A stretch of DNA of 64,000 bases from Okamejei kenojei (lineage: Eukaryota), in assembly GCA_035221665.1 (NCBI GenBank), contig CM069155.1, forward strand, positions 40,734,001 to 40,798,000, written 5' to 3'. The notes under the pieces are model-generated. The model was not told where the DNA came from, ran no database searches, and saw only the letters and a list, made by a program, of their open reading frames with translations. Of the stretch, positions 23,690 through 64,000 are shown piece by piece; the first letter of the stretch is position 1, and each line of letters opens with the position of its first letter. The position numbers and the translations under genes are program-made.

Positions 23690-26018
23690 TATTTATTATT
23701 CTTATAAACAGAGGAAGTAATAGGTTTTAATAAATATCAATACATTAAAACTTACATTTTTTTCCAATGGTTTCTAAATATCTGATCTTTGGAAACAAGA
23801 AAAAGCCTTTTGTCAGCAATTGGTGTCAGGCTGTCCAGAGGTCCATGGGGTGGGGCCTCTTCTGAGGCTCACCCTGCACTCTGTCTGAAAACCTACGGGA
23901 TGTTGCCAAAGACAGCAGAGGAGTGGGTTACTGCAATGGTGTCAAGCCTTAAACTGAACACGTCAACAGCAACCTTCTGTAAGACAATGAACATAATGAT
24001 CTTGGGAAAACCGTTATTTCTCTAATCTTTTGCATTTAAATATTGTGAAAATCTCATATACATAAAGACATTCTCAGAAACAGTTAAGTTTCGCAATTTT
24101 GTAAAATTCTAAGATGCACTTTAATTTATTCCACTTCCCTGTGGCAATCCATCATCAGGTAACGGCAAACCAACCACTATATTTCCCCACTGCGCAGAGT
24201 GAATTTAGGGAAGATGATAAATCAAATTTAGCTTGATTTCATCACTCACAATTGCATTGGTATTGTAATTTATAACCTTGTAAGAGAAAGAGGATGTCAT
24301 TTGGCTCATTGTGCAACAGCACAGCTTCAACTGGAGCCGTTTACTAGAATTACATTTTTCTTTTCTCATTCATCTTTCATGCACTTAAACAGCTCTGCTA
24401 AATTACAGCGAATCTGTCTCAACAGCATTTCCAAATAATTCTATCATGTAATAACCTATCATGTTAAAATGTGTACCTTGTAACTCAGTTTATTAATAAT
24501 TTAAAATTTGTCTTTTAGGTTCATGTTTCTGGGTAAAACCTATTGAATCCCTGACAAAACTAATTGCATGATCTGCTATTTTAGTCATTTAATACAAAGT
24601 ATACATACCACTCCAAACCTCTAGAGGTCCAACTAATCTCCCTCTTCCCTTCCTTTGGATAAGTGCATTTCCTTGCAGTGAATGTTCACAGACATTACAC
24701 CCAGGCTGGCAGGATCGTTGGAGCATTGGTGATAATAGTGTCTCTAATTACAATGGTGACCTAGTATATATAAAAATAACAAAATTATTGCTTAAAATAT
24801 CTTTTCTTTCCCTTGCTAATGTAAAATTTTAATGGATTTTGTGACATTTAGAAATCAACTTGATCCAACAATTGGCGGAAATACTGGCACCTGAAAACAG
24901 GCCAAACCTGACTGAGTGGAAGACACGGCAGATCTTTTCCTCTCTAACGTCGATGCTCTGGCCACTTTCATCCTCCCTTGTTTTTCTTCGCATGATACAA
25001 GCAGCAGAATTTATTTTCCAAAAATGAACAAGCAGTGAGCAACTACGTTACCGCGAGTTTGGGCAGACTGATCCATTTAGACATGGATGCAACATTCATC
25101 AATGGGGAGCAGGAGGAAGAGCCTTTCCATCATTCTGCAAAATCATGCTGATTCTGCAGCTCAGATCCACATTCCGAAACAAATCCTGATCCCACATTTC
25201 ACTTGCATTCCATAAACTCATTGATTTTAGTCTTGGATTTATTTGTCTATTGTCATTTGGGTACCATCTCACAACCTCTGTGGATGATATATCTCACCTC
25301 TCTCCCCACAGGAAAGTGCCTATTCCTGACAACAAACCTTATTCATGACTCTACAACTGGAGGAAACAAATATGTGCTTGTTGGAACAGAGTGGAGCAAC
25401 GATATACCTTGGTAGCTAAGCATAAAAATGAATGTCTGTGAATGCTGAACGGGAATAAACAATGTGTGTGTGCGGCATTTGTCATAAATTTATAAGATAG
25501 TGGTGTAGAATGAAAATGGAAATGTCAAAAATTGCATTGAAAGAACTACTGTGAGATTTACAATGTTTCACAGTATGTGAAATGGGAAGATGGTCTCAAA
25601 ACACAATGCTTACATATTTCATATAAACAATATTCTGTGAAACAAGAACCAACATTATTGATGAGATTTTCTTCCCCCTGAAACACCTGTATTGGAACTG
25701 TCAGCCGTATGTTTGTTAAAGGCAGATAGGTTCACTGCAGGAAACATCAAACAATTTTGCATGGCTCTCACGTGGTACTCTTTAGTTCAGTGAAGTATGA
25801 TCTCTGACACAACAAACAAACAACCATTTTGTCCAAAATCAATGCTGTATTTTTCTCATTGATCTACAGGAATCAAGTCTGTTTAAAATACAGAAACCAA
25901 AGTACAGAGCAGAAAGGAGGAAATGGCAGCTGATGTATGAACTACAAGTAAAAGCCCAGATATATAAACACAGATGCTGCTTTTTTTGTCCAGCAAGTAA
26001 AACATGGCAAAATTTAGA

Positions 26019-26058
<40 letters not shown>

Positions 26059-27278
26059 GGGGGATATGACCAAGAAATAAAGAGCCATGCAGCGTAGTTC
26101 AGCCAGAACCACACTGCAAGAACCATCTGTTTAAGGACTTCATTTGCTAACAGTATTTTATCAGAAATGGTACTGTGAGATTTTTGATTCCTAAAATACT
26201 ACTTTGTCTTGTATACAGATTCCATAAAAACACTGCACAATTACACAAGGTCCACACTGAATGTCCTTGCCAGTCACTAAGAATTTCTGCCCAATACAAG
26301 GTCTGTCATTATTGTGGATTGAGAAATGAAGTCTCTCTCTGAACTGGGTGCCTTATTGGTCCAATAATGTTCTTCTCTCCCCCCCCCCCCATCCATTTCA
26401 CAAATGCAGTTTTGTGTCTCTTAATGGAGTGGTATTTTGCCCCTCCCCTGCTCCCAACCATTGCCGGTGGGAGTGTTCCCTCACCATGTGTCGGCGTTAG
26501 TTTGGATGTGCAGCCTTTGTTAAAGACCTGCCTGCGGTTCTTGCATAGTTGAATTGAATATGCTTTTCTGAAACTGAACGTTAAGCACACTTCCACGTGA
26601 CACTTATAGGAATAATTTTGTGATATAAATATCCAGTGAGCTTTTCTGGTTTCAGAAACCCTTTATAAAGGCTACCTAAGTAAAGAATTTAATTAGCATG
26701 TTCTGAGTATCAACAGAGTATTTACATTTGTACAGGAACCACATGGACCTCTTCTGCATATCTTGTAATTGTTAATAAGGCAAAACAAATTCAGATTTGT
26801 ACATTTCTCAGAGTACACAGACATTTCTGGGAACCAAAGAAAGGAAAGTCATTTTTTGGCCTCAATATGGAACCTCACAGTGGATTCAATGTAAATAGGT
26901 ATCTTGACAAATTATACCATAGCAACCCTGGGTATTATTAAAATAGTTTGAGGCCTTAACGGCTGGAAACTGAACACTAAAACTTAAAGCAAACAAATAA
27001 AAATGAAACAATAAAATTACAAATCCATACAAATTAGATTTCAAATATTGGAAAAATGTACAAACATGATTTCAGAATTCTCTGCACAAAGAAATCTAGA
27101 GATCTATAATTGATAATATATTAATTCCAATTATAAGCAATCTTCTGGTATCAAAGTTCAGACTTTTTAACCCACCCAACTGTGCTTCAATTCTATAAAT
27201 TTACAGCTATCTCTTGTTGCAGTGCATTGTTTGAATTAAAGGATCTCATACACAGGACAGTTCCCCCACATTTAAGAA
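23690..27278 (-). other. Probable long 3' UTR of FBRSL1 (3' end uncertain)
   Basis: AT-rich, repeat-poor stretch directly after the stop. Candidate minus-strand AATAAA signals (plus-strand tttatt) near 25010, 24125 and 23692. The true poly(A) site cannot be determined from sequence alone. Confidence 0.4.
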
Positions 27279-59172
<31,894 letters not shown>

Positions 59173-60607
59173 CTAGGAAATTGGAATAAACCAAAACCGA
59201 TTTTGAAGTATTTGTGCAGTACATTTCCATGTTTAATCATCATCAGCTGATTCCACCTCTAAGGAATAGAGTCAGCTTTAATATCTCACTCCTAATTATT
59301 GTTAAATGCCTGTCGATTCCAGAGTTCACCAGACACACATTCTAGCAAAAAATGATTATGTTGCAGTTGAGCTCCGAAAAGTTCAGACTTTTCCCACTGT
59401 GTACTGATCAAAATCCTCAACTCATTCATGCCCGTTAATATTTAAGGATTAATTAAATGTAGGGGTTTATCACAAAAGTAATAGCATTTCCCACCATTTA
59501 TTAAAATCTACCTATTTAAACCGCCAAAGGGGCCAATCTGCCAGCCCTGCCGTCCAGGCATAATCCATTTGCACAAATTACATTCAAATGAATACGAGGG
59601 TGGCAAAGTAGCATGGATATTAACACTAATTGTTGTCTAGCTTCACACAGCACAGCCTTGCTGCAATTTACTTAATGAAAATCTGTTTAGTTTAATTGCT
59701 TTGATGCTATTCCCTTTATCTCAATGAATGCATGCATTAAGCCAGCTTTGCCGGCCGCACTTCTACAGTAATATTCTACAAGAGGAGCCAACAAGAAGAA
59801 AGGCCAGAATTTATGTCCCTGGGCTTAATCTCCTCACTCAAAAAAAATCACATTCCAGCTGGCTTAAGGTTCTCTAAATCAGACTGTTTTAAGTACACAA
59901 AGGCAAGTGTAATGAAAAACATCTTTGAAACAGAAGTTCAACTTCAAATATTAAGGGAAATTGCAACAAAGCTCAGATTCATTATTAATTTGTTCCCCTC
60001 ATTTTTAAACTACTGTTAAATTTATTTGTTCCACAGGTACATAACCCCTTCTAACTAAGTGACCTTTTACTGTCAATCTTCCCACTATGAGTTCACCTAT
60101 AAATGAAAAATAAAACTAATTATATTGTGAGGAAAAGCAATTTCTGTAAACAACCTCTGACTGAGATAAGGATGTAGCAACTAAAGTATATCAGGCAGAT
60201 GCCAGAACTTCGCCACAGTGCCTCCAACTGCACACTTCGCCACCAATTAGTTTTAAACGTCCACATGATTTACAGCACCACTGCCAATATCTGTGCCATA
60301 ATCTACTATTTCCTTGCTAAACCATTCTCTCCTTATGTCCCTCTTTCTTATTATGGCACTATTTATGAATCCACCTATTTAACAAAGCTTTTAATCACAA
60401 AAGAAATAAAGCCAAGGGGGGTCATTTTGCTCTTTGGTCCTGTTCCACCATTTAATAAGGTCAGAAATAATCTTTCAATTCAGCTCCAAATCTCTAATAT
60501 CCAAAAATGCAATGATCTCCATTTTGAAACTACTCAGTGGTTGAAGCAGAGAATTCCAGAAATATAATTTGTCTCCAAAAATAGGGTTTCTGCTTCCATG
60601 ATGAATT

Positions 60608-60739
60608 GCAGTCTGAGGAAGGGTCCCAACCCAAAACATCACCTATCAATTTTCTCCAGAGATGCTGCTTGACCCGCTGAGTCAAGCATTCTGTGTCTAT
60701 CTTTAGCATAAGCCAGCATCTGCAGCTCCTTATTATACA
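60608..60739 (+). mobile_element. Short Penelope-tail insert with TSD
   Basis: TSD atgaatt (60601-60607 / 60740-60746); starts gcagtctgaggaagggtcccaaccc. Confidence 0.7.
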
Positions 60740-63367
60740 ATGAATTACTGTTGTGAACAACTTCATATTTTTCTGTGTTACATGTGAGTTTCCACAATTA
60801 TTCATTTAGCATGTCTATATTTCCTTGAAGCCAAAACGCTTGCAAATTTTTATCAATTACTTGATCCCAGCAGACCACTAACCAGATGAATACCACGACC
60901 TAACCCAAGGGTTGTGATATCTCCTGGATATGCCTCCGAACATAAGCAGTTCAGACTTCAGCGAAACTCCTCAAGTTACAGGCACATCACATACATATGT
61001 GCGTGTTGGAAATCACAATGGTTTCCAGAATTCCAATGATAGCTTTCCCTTGGTTATCAGGCTATAGGGTACAGTCCGACGTACCGCTGCCCCAATCTGC
61101 ACATTGAACTTTGTCTCTAGATCTGAAGCACTACAATGCTGAGAACTATATTCTGCACCCTGCATCTTTCCCTTTGTTCTACCTATTGTACTTGAGTTAG
61201 ACTTGATGGCATATATGTATAGTATTATCTGATTTGATAGCATGCAAAGCAAGGGTTTTCACCGTACCTTGTAGATATGACAATAATCAATCTAACCTAC
61301 ATCTAAACCTAAAGGATCACCCATGTGTAGTTGTTGTACATCATCTGTCCTCCTATCCCCATGTGACCTCATCTAATTCAACTTTTTATTTAGGTACCCT
61401 TCAATGTAGTGTTTTATTCCATGACTAATGAATGGATTAAGTTAAGGGCAACCAAAAGTAAAACATTACTATTAAATTACTTACTGCAAACCCTTTTCAA
61501 TTTTTTGCCTCTTGGCTCTGGTAAAAAAACATTTTCCTAAACTGATATTATTAATGTCCAAATCTCACTGAGAGACTCAGGCTTGAAACTGGTGTCCAAT
61601 GAACTCATCCAAAGTCTGTCAAATCTAATCTAATATCTCCTTTGGTTCAAGCACCACTCTTATCAGGTTGTGAAGTGCCCTGGGCCATTACACAAAATTA
61701 AGATGCTGTTTAAATATGGAAACAGCTGCAACTCAACATGGAAAGAGAAGCAGTATTTTTGGAGGCAAACTCTCAGTCAACTTGATAGAGTTGTCTCAAT
61801 GATAACTGGTTTTCACCTTGACTAGCAGTTGGTGAACACACAAAATCCACTCTGTGTCTAATGGACCAGCATGGGCAATGTCTAATCCAGTTGCAATTTG
61901 CAAAGCCATTTGTGTGCCTATGTTGCAGTTTGCCTCATGGGTGATTTATACTCAAGAATTCCAATGATAGCTGGAGCTTTCTATCTCCATATACACATTC
62001 CTGCTAATGGAAGGGGATAATCCACATAATCACAAAACATAGAGCTTTGTGCAGGAAGACTACCATACTGTAGTTAAAACACTTTCAAATTGGAGAACGC
62101 CATCAAATATATCCAGCTCAGTCAACAATTGATTTTTCAAGATCGTGCAAAGTTTGGTCACATCTCATCCAAACAATTTAATTCTTCATCGATGGGAATG
62201 TCAAACGTTAGGAAACTAGATAAACATTGATGTTGAAAATGGTGAATATTTATAGCTTAATCATTTTTAAAAGAGGAAATCAAATATCAGTTATTCTACC
62301 ACAGATGTTGTATAAATGCTATCAGGCACCAGGGCCTTTTGGTTCATTTTTGTTAGCTAGTTCAAACCATGCAATCATCAGAGATCATACAGGGAAAGAT
62401 CAGGGGACACATTTTACTTTGATGCAGTAATTAGCAATCCTTTCCATGTGTTTTGTTCGTTGTACACATCTGTAAGGAACATTAACATTTGAAGTACTTT
62501 CCCGAGGTGAATCAGTGCATCAAGCTAATTTATTATTCAACAGCTGCCAACAGATTTAGTTATTCTTTTTATGTACTTAGGATAGTCAGCCAGCTAACAC
62601 CGTAAATGCCCAGTACAGAGTTTGCAAACACTCATGTAGTGTTTTAAAATGTGTCACGTTGGAAAATATAGATGACTACGATAGGGTGGAGCTTTAGACT
62701 TATTATGAGCCCATGTTAATTTAAAGCAAAACACCCTAAATACCATCTTACAGTAACACTAGTTGCACAACATATTTTCAAGAATCATGGTTCCAGAGAC
62801 TGGTTGCCATTAAGACTTTAATTGAAAAATGTCAATACCAATACAATAATGAATGCGGCATAAATGTAACATTCATTTGGGGTGGTAAGAAAAAAATGTT
62901 TTTGGTGCTTTAATTCTTTGCTTTCTCTACATCTGCTTTATTTTTCTAAACTTATGGCAGTTTCACTGCAGATGCGAGGATCTTCTGAAGAACCGCCAGT
63001 ATGTTTAACTATCAAGACCACATGGGCAAAGGCAGAGTCATGCAATCTTCGAATGTACCATGGACGAGGCAAAAGATGGAATTCTAATCAAAATCCAAGG
63101 GGAAAAAAACACAATAGAATCAGCATTGATGCACACAAAGTTTTGAAATCTACTTTATTTAGTTTGGGGCAATCACACTTTGTTTTCAGAATAAGTGTTT
63201 GTGGACAAAAGATTAGCTTAAAATTGGATCAGATACACATTTGACCATTTATCAGGAATAGGTTCATATTGCTTTGGTTATTTGAATGTGGAGTGTAAAC
63301 ATTAAACATAAAAAAGTACCAGTAGTTCTTTCCAAAGAAACCGGTCTATGATGCATCTCATTTAAAT

Positions 63368-63467
63368 GCATCAGTCTGAAGAAGGGTCTCGACCCAAAAT
63401 GTCACCCATTCCTTCTCTCCAAAGATGCTGCCTGTCCCGTTGAGTTACACCAGCATTTTGTCTATCT
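63368..63467 (+). mobile_element. Short Penelope-tail insert with TSD
   Basis: TSD tcatttaaat (63358-63367 / 63468-63477); starts gcatcagtctgaagaagggtctcgaccc. Confidence 0.75.
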
Positions 63468-64000
63468 TCATTTAAATTGACCATTTACTGGTTAGCATGC
63501 AACAAAAGCTTTTCACTGTACCTTAGTACACGTGACAATAAACTATACTAAATCACTGGAAATAATTTAGCCCAAATTTCTCCTAATGAACAACAATAAA
63601 CAAGTACTCCTCCATTTTATTTCTATCAGTAAAATATTGATCAGTTCTAAAATTAATGGCGTCACACAATAACTGGATTCAAGATTCTTGACAATCTTGT
63701 CCTTCTTGAGTATTGGAATGTTAGGTGTTCCTTTGAAAATATTTTATTTTATCCAATATTATGCTAATCCTTTTGAAAGACAACCTTGTACTGCAATTTA
63801 TTAGTAGTATTCTACTAAAGTACACCATAGGCAAATAGTTTATACTCAAACTGTACCATAGTAGCAGCATGAGTAGATAGGAAATAAATGAGAAGCAACA
63901 ATGTGCATTTCCCACTCTGACCTGAGGAATTGATTTTGTCTCCCATTCCCTAAACAGAAAGTTATTAATCTTTTCAATTAATGCATGCACATGCTCCAAA

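Noticed and set aside
59173-64000. Further upstream FBRSL1 exons
   Set aside because: I found no segment with a recognisable family motif and splice sites; they probably lie beyond the window, though a small exon could have been missed

Overview
Vertebrate nuclear DNA. The repeat inventory (HE1-type tRNA SINEs, CR1/HER1 LINEs, abundant Penelope tails) suggests a cartilaginous fish, probably a skate or ray; this is an inference. The right-hand ~36 kb holds the 3' part of an AUTS2-family gene on the minus strand, identified as FBRSL1 by the C-terminus [15 protein letters not shown] and the motifs [14 protein letters not shown] and [15 protein letters not shown] traced 13 GT-AG coding exons (59172 to stop at 27279) that splice into one continuous frame of ~970 codons; the 5' exons lie outside the window. 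The left ~23 kb is repeat-dense intergenic DNA: a ~2.26 kb inverted-repeat Penelope-like (GIY-YIG) element with TSD, a full-length but frameshifted Tc1 (DD34E) transposon, a solo LTR, a PIF/Harbinger-type MITE (a second copy lies in an FBRSL1 intron), many CR1, Rex/L2 and SINE fragments, and several nested insertions. Main items for follow-up: a dispersed family of short Penelope-derived inserts carrying a minimal hammerhead-ribozyme core (single, palindromic and tandem forms), a candidate extra 42-nt in-frame FBRSL1 exon, a GC-type alternative donor matching the AUTS2 'VRTPGRN' extension, an exact 155-bp duplication bracketing an exon, and an unexplained CpG-rich structured intronic block. 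There are two N gaps. Repeat family names come from recognition, not database searches.
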